Both the position numbers and the translations under genes were made by a program. A stretch of DNA of 64,000 bases from Patescibacteria group bacterium (lineage in GTDB: Bacteria; Patescibacteriota; Minisyncoccia; UBA6257; 1-14-0-10-40-38), in NCBI GenBank assembly GCA_038064975.1, contig JBBTRX010000002.1, forward strand, positions 193,278 through 257,277. Direction: 5' to 3'. Shown piece after piece: positions 47,267 through 59,700 of this stretch. How positions within the stretch are numbered: position 1 is the stretch's first letter; every line of letters begins with the position of its first letter. The notes beneath the pieces are model-generated. The model had not been told where the DNA came from, did not search any database, and was given only the letters and a program-made list of their open reading frames with translations.

Positions 47267-49237
47267 TTATTTTGCCTTCGGAAGAGTCGCAAAAAACACC
47301 GATCCTTTGTTTTCTATGGAATCAAACCATACTGACCCACCATGCTGTTCCAAAATAGATTTTACAATAAAGAGTCCAAGTCCTGTCCCTACATTTTTTT
47401 TCTGGGTTGCGTTGCGTGCACGGAAAAACTGCTGGAAAATTGACTGTTTGTCCTCCTGGGGAATGCCAATGCCGGTATCCTGCACGGCAAGCGTAATATG
47501 CTCTGCATCTTCTGATAGCGTTACCGTAACCGTGCTGTTCTCATGCGAATAATCAACGGCGTTATCAATAAGATTCTCAAATGCCTTTTCAAGCATGAAT
47601 GCATTAGCGTTCGCGGTTACATGTTCTGCTTTGTTAATAAAGGAAATAGTAATGCCTTTTGTTTCTGCAGGATGTTTTAGATGATCGAGAGCTTGAGCGA
47701 GTATTGGAGTGATGGGGGTATTTTTTGCATTCGTTTTCTCGCTCGCGAAATCTATCTGTGAGAGTGTGAGTAAGTCATTTACGATATCGGAAATGCTGCG
47801 TGCGCTTTCCGTAATAGCGCCGGCGCTCTCCTTAATTTTATCCGGAGGCGTATTCGGATCTTCAAACGAAGCAGCTGCCCAGTTAATAACAGAGAGCGGA
47901 GTGTTGAGTTGATGGGAAAGCGTGGTGATAAATTGATCTTTGAGTTTGGAGAGGTCCTGTTCTTTCCGCAAACTTTCGGAAAGGAGATTCGCCCGCAAAC
48001 GGAGTTCTTTTAATTCTTCCAAGCCCTTCAGACTCTCTGCCATCTTATTTAGGTTGGCACCTAGGTCCTCCAGCTCGTCTCCCGTTTTTATATCCACGCG
48101 ATAGGCAAAGTTACCGCTTCCGATAACGCTCGTACCCTGGCGCAATTCAGCAATCGGTTGGATGAGCTTGAACGCTGTCCAGCTCGCGATAATCATGAGC
48201 ACGATGAGCGCAAAGAGCGAGAAGCCAATGATTTGCCAGGTGATCGTGCGGATAAGGCGTTGAGTTTCCTCGCGAGGCCACTCTACGATAACGCCCAAAT
48301 TCATTCCGGTAACTCCCGCCCATGCTCCGCTTACTTTTTCTCCTATCACGCCGTCATAAAAAGCTGTTTCTGTTTTTTTCTCTTCTTCTGCTGCTGCAAT
48401 GAAACTTTGTACGGTAGGATTCTCTTTTTCCGCGCGTCCGATAAATTCAGCATCGCGATGGGCGATGATCGTGCCCTCGCGGTCCACAAGATACGCATAA
48501 CCTGTTTCTTCCAAGGTCGTCGTGCGGATAATATCTTGGAATGCAGCGTTCGTCATTGTGCCTAAAATAACGGCGATGATCTGGCTATTCTTATTTAAAA
48601 TAGGGGTCGCAAAAGAAACAGTGATGTCGTTGTTCACAAAAGAAATAGGACTGAAATATTGCCTACCCTCGCGTGCCTCTAGGAAAGCCGGATCGCTTAC
48701 AATTGTTCGTAAACTCGGATGTTTGAAGAGCTGGTTTTTATCCCGTGCCCATCTGCTCGTTTCTTGCCCTGTGGTGCAAACTTGGGGCGTGACACATACG
48801 AACGAAGCTTCGCGGAGACTCGGTATGCGCGTCATGATGCCTTCAAGAATGATGTCTTGTTGGTTAAAAGCTATAGGAGCAAATTCTTCAAACGTTACGA
48901 TGAGATCAAATTCAGCGATGACATTACTGACATATTTTTCAATTTCAGTTGCGGTTTCGTTAGCAACGATCTGTTCAATGGCTTGTACATCAATGCGGTG
49001 AGTGAGATTAACGAGGTACATTGTCGCTACTCCCATGAGTACCAGCGGTACGATGCCTGCGATAAGAAAAACGCGGACAAATTTTCTCCGCAGGCGGCTT
49101 GGGCCTAAAAATGTTTTCCACAGCCAATACCAATATCGTGTTTTAATGGGGCGATTAAAAAATTTCATTATACTTGACCGTCTCTTGCCTCTAACGCTTT
49201 TTGCTATTATAACAGGAGAACCGATAAGTGATAACAA
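47267..49237 (-). CDS. sensor histidine kinase (TM, extracytoplasmic sensor, HAMP, HisKA, HATPase_c), orphan
   Basis: H-box LSHQLNTPL and the G-boxes GTGLGLFIVK. No response-regulator gene is adjacent. Confidence 0.8.
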   Translation of the reverse strand: MLSLIGSPVIIAKSVRGKRRSSIMKFFNRPIKTRYWYWLWKTFLGPSRLRRKFVRVFLIAGIVPLVLMGVATMYLVNLTHRIDVQAIEQIVANETATEIEKYVSNVIAEFDLIVTFEEFAPIAFNQQDIILEGIMTRIPSLREASFVCVTPQVCTTGQETSRWARDKNQLFKHPSLRTIVSDPAFLEAREGRQYFSPISFVNNDITVSFATPILNKNSQIIAVILGTMTNAAFQDIIRTTTLEETGYAYLVDREGTIIAHRDAEFIGRAEKENPTVQSFIAAAEEEKKTETAFYDGVIGEKVSGAWAGVTGMNLGVIVEWPREETQRLIRTITWQIIGFSLFALIVLMIIASWTAFKLIQPIAELRQGTSVIGSGNFAYRVDIKTGDELEDLGANLNKMAESLKGLEELKELRLRANLLSESLRKEQDLSKLKDQFITTLSHQLNTPLSVINWAAASFEDPNTPPDKIKESAGAITESARSISDIVNDLLTLSQIDFASEKTNAKNTPITPILAQALDHLKHPAETKGITISFINKAEHVTANANAFMLEKAFENLIDNAVDYSHENSTVTVTLSEDAEHITLAVQDTGIGIPQEDKQSIFQQFFRARNATQKKNVGTGLGLFIVKSILEQHGGSVWFDSIENKGSVFFATLPKAK

Positions 49238-49312
49238 TAAACAAGCTGATAATGGACAATAGGGAATTGGGAATGTATTGAAAATTGTAAATTAATAATT
49301 GTAAATTCTCTT

Positions 49313-50503
49313 ATGAATCGTATTTATCTCGATTATGCGGCAACAACGCCACTAGACTCTGCAGCGAGGCGCGCCATGGATCCGTTCTACGGAAAAGTTT
49401 TTGGAAACCCAAGCTCGTTGCACTCATTTGGACAAGAAGCTTCCCGTGCTGTCTTTGTGTCGCGCAAATCTATCGTGGATTATGTAGGAGTTCGCTATGA
49501 CGAAGTTATTTTTACCGGATCAGCGACAGAGGCAAATAATATGGTCATGCAAGGAGCGGTGCGCGCATTCCGTCACAATCATGAAAATAATAAAGGACCC
49601 GTCCGCGCTATCATCTCCGCAATTGAACACGACTCTATATTGAAGGCGCTCCAGAATTTTCCTGAAGTTGAAATGGTAATAATTCCCGTTGATTCGGCAG
49701 GAATGATTGATGTGCAAGCTCTGGAGCAAGCGCTGAATGAAAATACGGCAATCGTTTCCGTGGGATACGTAAACGGAGAAGTAGGAACTATTCAAAATAT
49801 TGCGGCAATCGGCAAACGCATTGCCGCATTCCGCGGAGCAAAGCGTTTTCCTCTATTCCATACCGATGCCGTTCAGGCGTTACAGTATCTCAACATGGAA
49901 GTTAAAAATTTAGGAGTGGATGCTATGACACTTTCCGCTCATAAGGTATATGGCCCTAAGGGCATCGGCGCTTTAGTTCTGCGGCATCCGGATAGTAATT
50001 CCATTACCGCAAATATTATTAACCCCCTTATCTCGGGCGGAGATCAAGAATTCGGCATGCGCCCTGGCACAGAAAACGTCGCCGCGATTGTGGGATTTGC
50101 ATCTGCCGTAGATATTCTCCGGAAGATACAGTCAAAAGAAATAAAGCGGATGCAAAAGCTTGGGAAAGTATTTTTCACTTCACTCTCTAAGGCTTTGCCC
50201 GGAATTGAACTAAATGGTCCATTATTCGGCAATGATCGGATTTCGAACAACATTAATGTATATCTGAGGGATTTAGCGGGTCCATTGCAAAACTTTTTAG
50301 TGCGTCTGGATCGTGCGGGAGTTGCCGCTTCCAGCGGATCTGCCTGCGCTTCGCGAAAAGCTGAAGCTTCTCACGTCCTTCGTGCGTTATATAGAGATAA
50401 GGAGCGTAGAGAGAAAAGTGTACGATTTACCCTTGGCAAAATGACAACAGGAGAAGAAGTTCTGCGTGCGGTCAAAATTATAAAAAATATTCACACTACG
50501 TAA
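49313..50503 (+). CDS. cysteine desulfurase (NifS/IscS family aminotransferase class V)
   Basis: The PLP-lysine region SAHKVYGPKGIGAL is present. The N-terminus is LDYAATTP. Confidence 0.85.
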   Translation: MNRIYLDYAATTPLDSAARRAMDPFYGKVFGNPSSLHSFGQEASRAVFVSRKSIVDYVGVRYDEVIFTGSATEANNMVMQGAVRAFRHNHENNKGPVRAIISAIEHDSILKALQNFPEVEMVIIPVDSAGMIDVQALEQALNENTAIVSVGYVNGEVGTIQNIAAIGKRIAAFRGAKRFPLFHTDAVQALQYLNMEVKNLGVDAMTLSAHKVYGPKGIGALVLRHPDSNSITANIINPLISGGDQEFGMRPGTENVAAIVGFASAVDILRKIQSKEIKRMQKLGKVFFTSLSKALPGIELNGPLFGNDRISNNINVYLRDLAGPLQNFLVRLDRAGVAASSGSACASRKAEASHVLRALYRDKERREKSVRFTLGKMTTGEEVLRAVKIIKNIHTT

Positions 50504-50509
50504 GAGATT

Positions 50510-51733
50510 ATGAATAAAAAACGATATTCCCTAATTGTGATCGTTGGTGCTTTTCTCGCGGGAGGTGCCATGTTTGTTGCTATTTCTGCGGCAGAAGCGA
50601 ATCTTTTCACTGATATTATTAATATCTTTGATTCAGATGGAAACGCTCCTGCCGAAACCCAAGCTCCGCCGTATGTATCTTCGGTGAATTACGAAGCGGC
50701 GATTATTAATGCGGTAAAAAGCGCATCGCCTTCGGTTATTTCTATTGTCGTAAGTAAAGATGTTTCTACGCTAGAGCAATGTTCCGGAGATCCCTTCGCG
50801 GGAATCCCACCGGAATTTAGAGATTTTTTCGGCCCATTTCCGTTTAACGGCCAATGCGAAACGGGAACGATAAAGCAGGAAATTGGGGGTGGATCAGGAT
50901 TTATTGCAACTCCAGAAGGGCTTATTGTTACCAATAAACATGTTGTAGCGGATTTGGATGCCGACTATACCGTCTTTACAAACGATGGCAAGAAACATGC
51001 GGCAACGGTTATCGCTCGAGATCCTGTTCAAGATATCGCGATTGTAAAAATTGCAGGGAGTAATTTCCCCACGCTTCCACTTGCAGATTCCGATTCTGTT
51101 CAGCTTGGACAAACGGCAATTGCAATAGGTAATGCACTTGGCGAGTTTAGAAATACAGTTTCCACCGGGATTGTTTCCGGTCTTGCTCGAGCAATTGAAG
51201 CTTCAGGAACGGGATTTACAGAGCGTTTAGAGGGGCTTATTCAAACTGATGCAGCAATTAATCCAGGAAACTCCGGTGGTCCGCTTTTAAATCTTCGGGG
51301 CGAGGTTATTGGTATTAATACCGCTGTAGCGCGAGGAGCTGAAAACATCGGTTTTGCTATCCCCGTAGATCGGATTAAAAAAGATATTGAGTCCGTAAGG
51401 GCGACGGGTAAAATCACCGTTGCATTTCTTGGTGTGCGATATATTCCACTTACTGAAGACCTTGCAGAAGAAGAGAATTTGCCTGTTGCAAACGGCGTAC
51501 TACTCCGTGGAAGTGAAGGAGGGCAGGCTGTCGTTTCTGGATCTCCCGCGGCGAAAGCAGGGCTTATGGCAGGGGATATTATTATTGAAGTGGGCGGAAA
51601 ACCAGTAAATCAAGAGAATTCTCTTGCCGCTCTTATTCAAAACTACAATGTAGGGGAAACAGTAGCGCTAAAAATTCTTCGGGACGGGAAAGAAATGACA
51701 CTTTCCGCGACGCTAGCAGAACTTAAACCATAA
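50510..51733 (+). CDS. HtrA/DegP-type trypsin-like serine protease with PDZ domain
   Basis: TNKHVV (His), D, GNSGGPL (Ser) catalytic triad regions. There is a C-terminal PDZ. Confidence 0.85.
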   Translation: MNKKRYSLIVIVGAFLAGGAMFVAISAAEANLFTDIINIFDSDGNAPAETQAPPYVSSVNYEAAIINAVKSASPSVISIVVSKDVSTLEQCSGDPFAGIPPEFRDFFGPFPFNGQCETGTIKQEIGGGSGFIATPEGLIVTNKHVVADLDADYTVFTNDGKKHAATVIARDPVQDIAIVKIAGSNFPTLPLADSDSVQLGQTAIAIGNALGEFRNTVSTGIVSGLARAIEASGTGFTERLEGLIQTDAAINPGNSGGPLLNLRGEVIGINTAVARGAENIGFAIPVDRIKKDIESVRATGKITVAFLGVRYIPLTEDLAEEENLPVANGVLLRGSEGGQAVVSGSPAAKAGLMAGDIIIEVGGKPVNQENSLAALIQNYNVGETVALKILRDGKEMTLSATLAELKP

Positions 51734-51973
51734 ATTTCATTTTCTTTTCAGCACCACTCTAGTTTTCTAGAGATACATCTCTAGGTATCGGAGTGTTATT
51801 ATACATAAGTAAGGTGAGAGGAATGGGAATGTGAATTAGGTATGATTAGCACTCTTGACATGAGACTGCCAATGGGGATAGCATTAATACAGTATCTAGA
51901 ATCTAGTATTTAGAAATTAGTAGCAATGAAACTAATCAACTCTTTAACTGATTAACTCCTAAACTGTACAACC

Positions 51974-54625
51974 ATGATGCGTAATTTTAATAAATTCACG
52001 ATAAAAGCTCAGGAGGCGCTCCAAAACGCCCAGGATCTAGCCGCGCAACGGAATCATGGCGAATTTCGGGCACTCCATCTGCTTTCCAGTCTTATTGTTG
52101 ACGATCAGTCGCTGGTGCGTCCGCTTCTTATTAAAGCGGGGGTAAGTTTAGAATCTTTAGATAAGTTAATTGAAGAAGAGCTTAATAAATTGCCGAAGAT
52201 ATTTGCCGCATCCTCGGTGGGACAGCTCTATCTCTCTCAGGAATTGATGCAAGTTTTGGATAAGGCGGGAAAAATCGCCCTTTCTCAGAAAGACGAATTC
52301 GTCTCGTGTGAACACTTACTCCTTAGTATTTTAGAAACGCCATCCCCAACCCAATCATTATTGGAGAAATTTGGTTTGCGCCGTGAAAACGCATTCCGTA
52401 TTTTGGCACAGTTGCGCGGTTCTACTCGCATTACAGACGAAACTCCGGAAACAAAATTCCAGGTTTTGGAAAAATATGCCATCAATCTTACGGAACGGGC
52501 ACGAGAAGGCAAACTTGATCCGGTAATCGGACGAGAAGAAGAGCTTCGTCGTGTTATTCAGGTACTTTCCCGAAGGACGAAAAATAATCCGGTATTAATC
52601 GGAGAACCGGGCGTAGGAAAAACAGCTATTGTAGAAGGCTTGGCTCAAAGAATTATCGCTGGTGATGTTCCAGAGCCCTTAAAAGGCAAGGAAATCATCA
52701 TGCTGGATTTAGGATCTCTTATCGCAGGAACTAAGTTCCGCGGAGAATTTGAAGATCGCTTAAAAGCATTTATTAAAGAAATCCAAAACGCAGCAGGTCG
52801 CCTTATTCTTTTCATTGACGAGATTCATATGATAGTAGGCGCCGGTGCCGCTGAAGGCGCGGTAGATGCTTCCAACCTTTTAAAGCCACCCCTTGCTCGC
52901 GGAGAATTACATGCCGTGGGAGCAACTACGATTCGCGAATATCAGCGTCATATTGAAAAAGATCCCGCTCTTGAACGGCGTTTTCAGCCCATTGTAGTTG
53001 AAGAGCCTTCACTTGAAGACACAATTGCTATTTTGCGTGGATTAAAAGAAAAATATGAAATTCACCATGGTCTTCGCATCAGCGACGAGGCTCTTGTTGC
53101 CGCAGCTCATCTTTCCGCACGTTACATTACGGACCGCTTTCTTCCGGACAAAGCGGTTGATTTAATTGACGAAGCGGCCGCAGCGCGGCGTCTTGAATCA
53201 GAAAGTCTTCCTGCGGAAATAGATAAAGTCCGCCAGGCGATCATGCGCTTGGAAATTGAGAAGTCTGCGATTTCAAAGGAATCTGGTGAAAAAAATAAAG
53301 AGCGGGTTAAAACCATTGAAAAAGAACTTGTAGTTCTGAAAGAACAGAACGATGATTTATCCGCAAAATGGCATGCGGAGAAGCTCGCGTTTGAAAATTT
53401 ACATAGTTTGCGGCGGAAAATTGACGATCTTCGCCGCGAGTCGGAACAAGCGGAGCGCGGAGGAGACTTAGAGCGTGTTGCCCAGATTTTGTACGGAGAA
53501 TTGCCTCAAGCCGAAAAAGATTTTGCTACATTTGAAAAGAAGCATTTTGGTACTTCAAAGAAACAAAAGAAAAAAGGAAAAGAAGACGATCAAGTTTTTA
53601 TTAAAGAGGTGGTTGATGAGGAAGATATTGCTTCCGTAGTTTCTCGTTGGACTAATATCCCGGTCATGAGAATGCTGGAGTCCGAAAGTGAAAAACTCTC
53701 TCGCATTGAAGAAGTGCTCGGGAATCGGGTTATTGGTCAGGAAGAAGGCATTCTCGCTGTTTCTAGCGCCTTGCGGCGCGCTCGTGCTGGCCTTGCGGAC
53801 GAGAACAGGCCGACAGGGTCGTTCATGTTCTTAGGGCCGACCGGTGTCGGTAAAACCGAGCTCGCCCGTGCGCTTGCCGAGTTCATGTTCAACGACGACA
53901 AGGCGATGATTAGAGTGGATATGTCGGAGTATATGGAAAAGCACGCCGTTGCGCGTCTTATTGGTTCGCCTCCGGGATATGTGGGTTTTGAAGAAGGGGG
54001 GCAACTCACGGAAGCAGTACGTCATCGTCCGTATAGTTTGATTTTGTTTGATGAAATAGAGAAAGCTCATCCCGATGTTTTTAACGTTCTCTTACAGCTC
54101 TTAGATAATGGCCGGCTCACGGACGCAAAAGGCAAAACCGTTAACTTTAGAAATGCGATTATTATCATGACTTCAAACGTTGGAAGTCATTACTACAAGC
54201 AGATGTCTCAAGTCGGTTTTTCCACATCAGAAAAGGAAATACGGGCCGAAGAGGAGACCTTTAAGGACAAAGCCCGTACGTCGCTCCGTCAGACTTTTAA
54301 GCCGGAATTCTTGAACCGCATAGACGAAATTGTCGTGTTCAATGCGCTCAAACGAAAAGATATTGAACAGATTGTTGATGTCCAAATTGCCGAAGTTAAA
54401 AAGAAATTAAGCAACCGCGGTATCACGGTCTTAGTTGACGCGCCCGCAAGAAAATATATTGTTGATAATGGGTTTGATCCGGATTTTGGAGCTCGGCCTA
54501 TTAAGCGGCTGATCCAAAAGACGATTGTTGATAAACTGGCTGATAGAATTATTAGGGGGCAACTCAAACATGGCGATAAGGTTAAAATCGGTTTTTCAGG
54601 ATCGGCGCTCAGCGTTACTCCTTAA
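51974..54625 (+). CDS. clpB: ATP-dependent chaperone ClpB
   Basis: N-domain, two AAA+ modules and a long middle coiled-coil. 883 aa. Confidence 0.9.
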   Translation: MMRNFNKFTIKAQEALQNAQDLAAQRNHGEFRALHLLSSLIVDDQSLVRPLLIKAGVSLESLDKLIEEELNKLPKIFAASSVGQLYLSQELMQVLDKAGKIALSQKDEFVSCEHLLLSILETPSPTQSLLEKFGLRRENAFRILAQLRGSTRITDETPETKFQVLEKYAINLTERAREGKLDPVIGREEELRRVIQVLSRRTKNNPVLIGEPGVGKTAIVEGLAQRIIAGDVPEPLKGKEIIMLDLGSLIAGTKFRGEFEDRLKAFIKEIQNAAGRLILFIDEIHMIVGAGAAEGAVDASNLLKPPLARGELHAVGATTIREYQRHIEKDPALERRFQPIVVEEPSLEDTIAILRGLKEKYEIHHGLRISDEALVAAAHLSARYITDRFLPDKAVDLIDEAAAARRLESESLPAEIDKVRQAIMRLEIEKSAISKESGEKNKERVKTIEKELVVLKEQNDDLSAKWHAEKLAFENLHSLRRKIDDLRRESEQAERGGDLERVAQILYGELPQAEKDFATFEKKHFGTSKKQKKKGKEDDQVFIKEVVDEEDIASVVSRWTNIPVMRMLESESEKLSRIEEVLGNRVIGQEEGILAVSSALRRARAGLADENRPTGSFMFLGPTGVGKTELARALAEFMFNDDKAMIRVDMSEYMEKHAVARLIGSPPGYVGFEEGGQLTEAVRHRPYSLILFDEIEKAHPDVFNVLLQLLDNGRLTDAKGKTVNFRNAIIIMTSNVGSHYYKQMSQVGFSTSEKEIRAEEETFKDKARTSLRQTFKPEFLNRIDEIVVFNALKRKDIEQIVDVQIAEVKKKLSNRGITVLVDAPARKYIVDNGFDPDFGARPIKRLIQKTIVDKLADRIIRGQLKHGDKVKIGFSGSALSVTP

Positions 54626-55358
54626 GGCCGTAGTATTCGGGGTATTTTTGTGGATAGCACAGGCGGGGGAAGGCGGATTTGCCCCCGCTTTGTTTTTTAT
54701 ACTCGTTTCCGGCGTGCTCTATTTTTCCCCGTCATTCCGAGGCGGAAAATATATTGGATCAATACTTGTACTCGTGAGTCTCGCTCTATTTTTGGAGCGC
54801 AATACCGTGAGTACCGCTTTCTCTCTTCTCGGTATCCCGTTTTTTAGTGCCCTCGCTTTCTTTCTTTTTGGTGCAAAAGAGCTTGTATTCGCGCGGGCGC
54901 GCACATGGGCACTTTTATTTGCTTTTGGAGTTACTTATGCAGCAACGCTTGCCTTATTTTTAATAGAATCAGATGCGTTTATTCGCGCTGCTTTTACCTA
55001 TGGCATTATGATTTTTCTCACCTGGAGAGATTTCTTTTCCTCCACAGCCTCTACTCGCATTTCTACTGACACTCCTTTAGTCGGCAATGAAAGTGGTGAA
55101 GAGAAAATTGTACAACTCCGCGGGAGCCATTATTTCTCGGCGCTCGTCATAACCTATTTAGGAGTGGAAACGGCATGGGCCGTTCGCTTGCTTCCGTTAG
55201 ATGCTATTGGGGGAGCAAACCTTACTTTCCTTGGACTCATTGCCGTTCTCAATATTATCTTGCGCAGTGCAGAGCAGGGGCTTTCAAAGCGCATTCTTCT
55301 TATGAGCGTTACGGTGTTTATTGCCCTTCTCCTCTTTATGCTGTGGATGAATCTGTAA
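54570..55358 (+). CDS. hypothetical multi-pass membrane protein (start uncertain; overlaps clpB 3' end)
   Basis: ORF track. It is strongly hydrophobic. Confidence 0.4.
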   Translation: MAIRLKSVFQDRRSALLLKAVVFGVFLWIAQAGEGGFAPALFFILVSGVLYFSPSFRGGKYIGSILVLVSLALFLERNTVSTAFSLLGIPFFSALAFFLFGAKELVFARARTWALLFAFGVTYAATLALFLIESDAFIRAAFTYGIMIFLTWRDFFSSTASTRISTDTPLVGNESGEEKIVQLRGSHYFSALVITYLGVETAWAVRLLPLDAIGGANLTFLGLIAVLNIILRSAEQGLSKRILLMSVTVFIALLLFMLWMNL

Positions 55359-55472
55359 CGTAAAATAAAATATCAAATATTAAATCTCAAAAACCATCTA
55401 ACCAATCAACTAATTCACCATTTAACTAATTAACTATTTTCCGCACGCAATCCGGCAACGGATTGACGGAAA

Positions 55473-56204
55473 ATGTTAATTGCCGTATATTCTTGCCGTA
55501 TGGATATCCAGCGGCAATCACAACTAGTAAGCTTTGCGGCACTTCGAATTGCCGCATATGTAAAAAGGAGAGAGCTGCGCGATCGCTTAAGCCGTCTCGC
55601 GTTTGATCTTATTGAGGCAGTTTCACAGAAAGATACTCATAAAATAAGCGAAGTTATCCTCTCTTTGCAGGGGCTTATATCGTTAGGTAAGGCATTGTAC
55701 GAAGTTGAGCCTACAAACGCCGATATTGTTATTGAGGAATCAGGTAAAATACTTGAGTTTGAGTTTGGAGAGGATACTCAAGATAAACCGGCAATCAAAG
55801 AAGTGGATATTTCTGGAATATTCAAAAAAGAGAGAACGCTCTTTTCTCATGAATTAGAGAAACCGAAAGAGATAAAGAAAAGCGGCAACGGCAATAAGGC
55901 AGAAGGTGTTAAAAAAATAATGCGGCAAGAGGATACGGCAAAAGAGAATAAGGCAATAGTCATAACTCCAGAGAAGCCACATATAAAGCAAAGCCAGGAG
56001 GAAAACCCGGCAATACGGCAATCGGCAATGCGAGATAAGATACGGCAAATAGGGGAGGCAGAGTTAAAGGATCTTATTGCCGCATTTCCCAATGTGAGCG
56101 AACGGACGATACGGTATGACGTGCAACGGTTATGTGCTGATGGATTAGTGGAGCGTATAGGTCCTGGAGGACCCGGAAGTTTCTATCGGGTAAGATCGGT
56201 GTAA
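55473..56204 (+). CDS. putative DNA-binding protein with C-terminal winged-helix motif (SERTIRYDVQRLCADGLVERIG); start uncertain
   Basis: ORF track. The C-terminal wHTH-like segment is the basis. Its 5' region and body are rich in ATTGCCGTAT/CGGCAAT motifs. Confidence 0.4.
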   Translation: MLIAVYSCRMDIQRQSQLVSFAALRIAAYVKRRELRDRLSRLAFDLIEAVSQKDTHKISEVILSLQGLISLGKALYEVEPTNADIVIEESGKILEFEFGEDTQDKPAIKEVDISGIFKKERTLFSHELEKPKEIKKSGNGNKAEGVKKIMRQEDTAKENKAIVITPEKPHIKQSQEENPAIRQSAMRDKIRQIGEAELKDLIAAFPNVSERTIRYDVQRLCADGLVERIGPGGPGSFYRVRSV

Positions 56205-56737
56205 TATACTCTTTTTTCTTCCGTTATACACGATATAGCTCAATAATCATTTAAGATATTCACAGTTGTGTATTTTTTATGAGGTATTGAGTAATATGGA
56301 TTTTGTTGATATAGTTAGTTTTGCTTAGGTGAGGCTAAGCATGCATCGAACGGAATAGCTTATAAACTGAATAACTGATAACTCTTTCTGAGTTACTGGT
56401 TGTAAGGTATGAGTTATAAGTTTGTGCGTATAGCCTCGCTTTAAAAGCGAGTTTTTTATTTATTTGATACTAGAGTCAAGCGTTTTGCTAGTGAGGTCGA
56501 TTCCCCTCCCCAGCTTTCATTTAAAAATGCCTAGCACAGGCACAAGAAGGTTGCGGTGGGGAAAATAGCATCAAAGCGCATGGCTTCCCGAAATGTAAGT
56601 TGTAGTGCATGAGATTCATTCAATAGAAATAATAAAAAAGGGAAGGCAGTCGTGGTCGGTAGGTGCCCTCCCGGTGATCAATTCCAAATGGTCACTACTA
56701 GTAACAAGTTAAAATAATATAAAAGTCACAATTAATT

Positions 56738-59700
56738 ATGAGTATTAAAGCGAAAATCTTTTCAGTAGTTTTCTCAGTTTTGATGGTTTTCGCGCTTTCC
56801 GGTGCGTCATTCGCTACACCGGTGGCTCATGGTCAGTCAGCTTCTGATCTCCAATCACAAATCAATGCTCTTCTCGCACAGCTAAATGCTATGCAAGGAG
56901 GTAGCTCTAGCGTCGCTTGCAACTTCACCCGCTCCCTCACAGTGGGTATGACTGGTGCAGACGTTAAGTGCTTACAGCAGTATTTGAATGGTGCAGGATT
57001 TACAGTTTCTGCTTCTGGCGCAGGGTCCGCAGGTAACGAATCAACGTTCTTCGGAATGCTTACGAAAGCCGCAGTTTCAAAATGGCAGGCAGCAAATGGA
57101 GTTGCTCCAGCAGTCGGCTATTTTGGTCCTATTTCTCAAGCAAAGTACACAACACTCGCAGCAGGTAGCGGAACAGGCACAGGAACCGGTACAGGTACCG
57201 GAACCGGCACTGGCACTGGTAGCACAGGGACTGGCCTTATGGTTTCTCTCTCTGGTAACCAGCCAGCAAACGGTATTTTTGGCGAAAGCTTTAACAGCCG
57301 CCCATTTACCGCTTTGAACTTTACCGCAGGATCTAGCGGCGACATTACCGTCCAATCAGTAACGGTTGAACGCACCGGTCTTTCAAACGACGCGGTATTC
57401 AGCGGAATCGTTTTACTTGATGAAAACGGTATTCGCATCACGGATTCAAAAACATTTGGATCTGATCACACAGCAAAGTTCACTAACAAATTCATAGTAA
57501 AAGCGGGACAAACCCGAACCGTTTGGATTGCTGGTGACTCTGACTCTGATCAAGATGCATATAATGGACAAACGGTCAGCCTCACGCTTAAAGCAGTTGA
57601 TGGCGGTTCTGGCGTAACGGTTACAGGCATTCCGTCAACCGGTCTTACTGGTGCGACGCATACCGTAAACAGCACGCTTGCAATCGGTTCAGTAACTGTT
57701 GAACGTGGTACGACTGATCCAGGTAATGGTCCGACAAAAGAAGTAGGAACCACAGGATATATATTCTCTGCTCTTAAACTTACTGTTGGATCAGTTGAAG
57801 CGGTTCGTGTAAAAGTCATTAAGTGGTACAATACCGGATCTATCTCTGCATCTGACCTCGCGAATGTAAAAATTCTCGTTGGCGGAACAGCGTATGATGC
57901 GGTTGTAAGCGCTGATGGCAAATATTATTCCGCGGTAATCGGTTCTGGTCTCGTGCTTGATAAAGGCGCAACAACCGAACTCGCAATCAAAGCTGATATC
58001 GTAAGCGGATCAAACCGTTCGGTAGACTTTGATATGAATTACCTCAACGACATCGTTGCTGTAGGCGAAACCTACGGATTCGGAATTGCTCCAACGTATA
58101 CGAATTCTGCAGATTCTGCGACTGACGATGATGGAACGATTCAGACTGCAACTCCGCAGTATGACGCGTATGAAGTTACCGTTGGTGCAGGAGCCTTGAC
58201 GATTGAGAACTCAACCACCATTGCGCCTTCCCAGAACATCGCTATCGGTGTTCAGGATCAGCCACTCGGTGGATTTAAAGTTACTTCAAAAGGCGAACCA
58301 GTAAGCGTTACACAGATGGTGTTCAGACTTTCTCGCTGGTTTGGTTCGGGTGCTTCAGCAAGCACGCAGGATATCACGAATGTAAAACTTATTCGTGATG
58401 ACGGCGTAATTGTTGCTGGCCCAGTAGATATTGCCGCAAGCGCAGCAACAGTAACCTTCTCGGATACTGTTGAATTTCCGGTAGGCGCTTATACCTACAA
58501 ACTAGTAGGAAAGCTCGGAACTGATTTTGCAAGCGATAACACTATTGCCGCATCAACAACGCCAAATAGTGATTGGTCTAGCCCGAAGGGTGTAAACACT
58601 AATCAGAGTATTACGCTTACATCAGCGACACTTACTTCACAGACAATGACGGTGAAGAGCGGAGCGCTCGCTGTTTCCACATCTCCAACTCCGATTGCTC
58701 AAACGATCGTTGCTGGCGTACAGGGTTTCAACCTTGCAAATTTCACGTTTGATACAACTGCATCCGGAGAAGATGTCCGCTTGAACAGTACTCAAGTAGA
58801 ATTCAACTTCGGCCAAGCAAATTCAAACGATGATTTGACGCAATGTCAGCTCTGGGATGGAACCGTAGCACTCAACACTGGTACAAACGTAGTAAATGGC
58901 GCGAACGGTGACACGACTGCCGATGATAAGACCTTTACCTTTGATAATAGTTTGACTATTCCAAAAGGCATGGTTAAAACTCTCGCTTTGAAGTGTAATA
59001 CCGCAGCTACCACGACGACCGCGGCTTCCACATATAACTGGACTATTGAAATCCCAGGTGATGCGGATGATATGGTTCCGTCGGGTATAGTGTCAGGTAC
59101 TACAATCACAGAAACCTATAGTGATACGACCGGACAGGCAATTACCTTGTCTAGCGGCGGATCATTGGCGGTTAACCTTGATGAGGCTTCTAGCCCAGCA
59201 GTTGCTCTCGCAGCTGGAAATACTTCTAACGTTGCCTTGAGCGCATACCGCTTCACGGCAACCAACGAAGATATTAAAGTGACGCAGATCGGTCTTACTC
59301 TTGCGGGCGTTGCTTCCAACACTCCTCAAGATTTGACGAAAGTCACCTTGTGGGATGGATCAATAAAGATCGGTGAAGCAGTCTTTACTGGTGATACGGC
59401 TACCGTAACCATCTCTAATGGTGTCTATCCAGACTTCATTGTTGCAAAGGATACGGACAGAGTGCTCACCATTAAGGGTGATATCGCTAAAATCGGAACA
59501 TCGGATCCTGCACGTCCAGGTCATCTGGTACGCGTAGAAATTGATGCAGCCGCTGCCGATTCATCCGGTGACACAACGCGAGGTATCGGTATTTCTTCGG
59601 GAACAACGGTATACTCCTCTGCTACGTCATTCACAGCCTCAGGAGGCGTAAGAATCTTCAAAACGGTTCCGATCGTTGCGAAGATCAGTCTCCCGACGTC

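Noticed and set aside
51845-51880. CIRCE/HrcA operator upstream of clpB
   Set aside because: Only the first half-site, TTAGCACTC, is present. The second half, GACTGCCAA, matches poorly, so it was not called.
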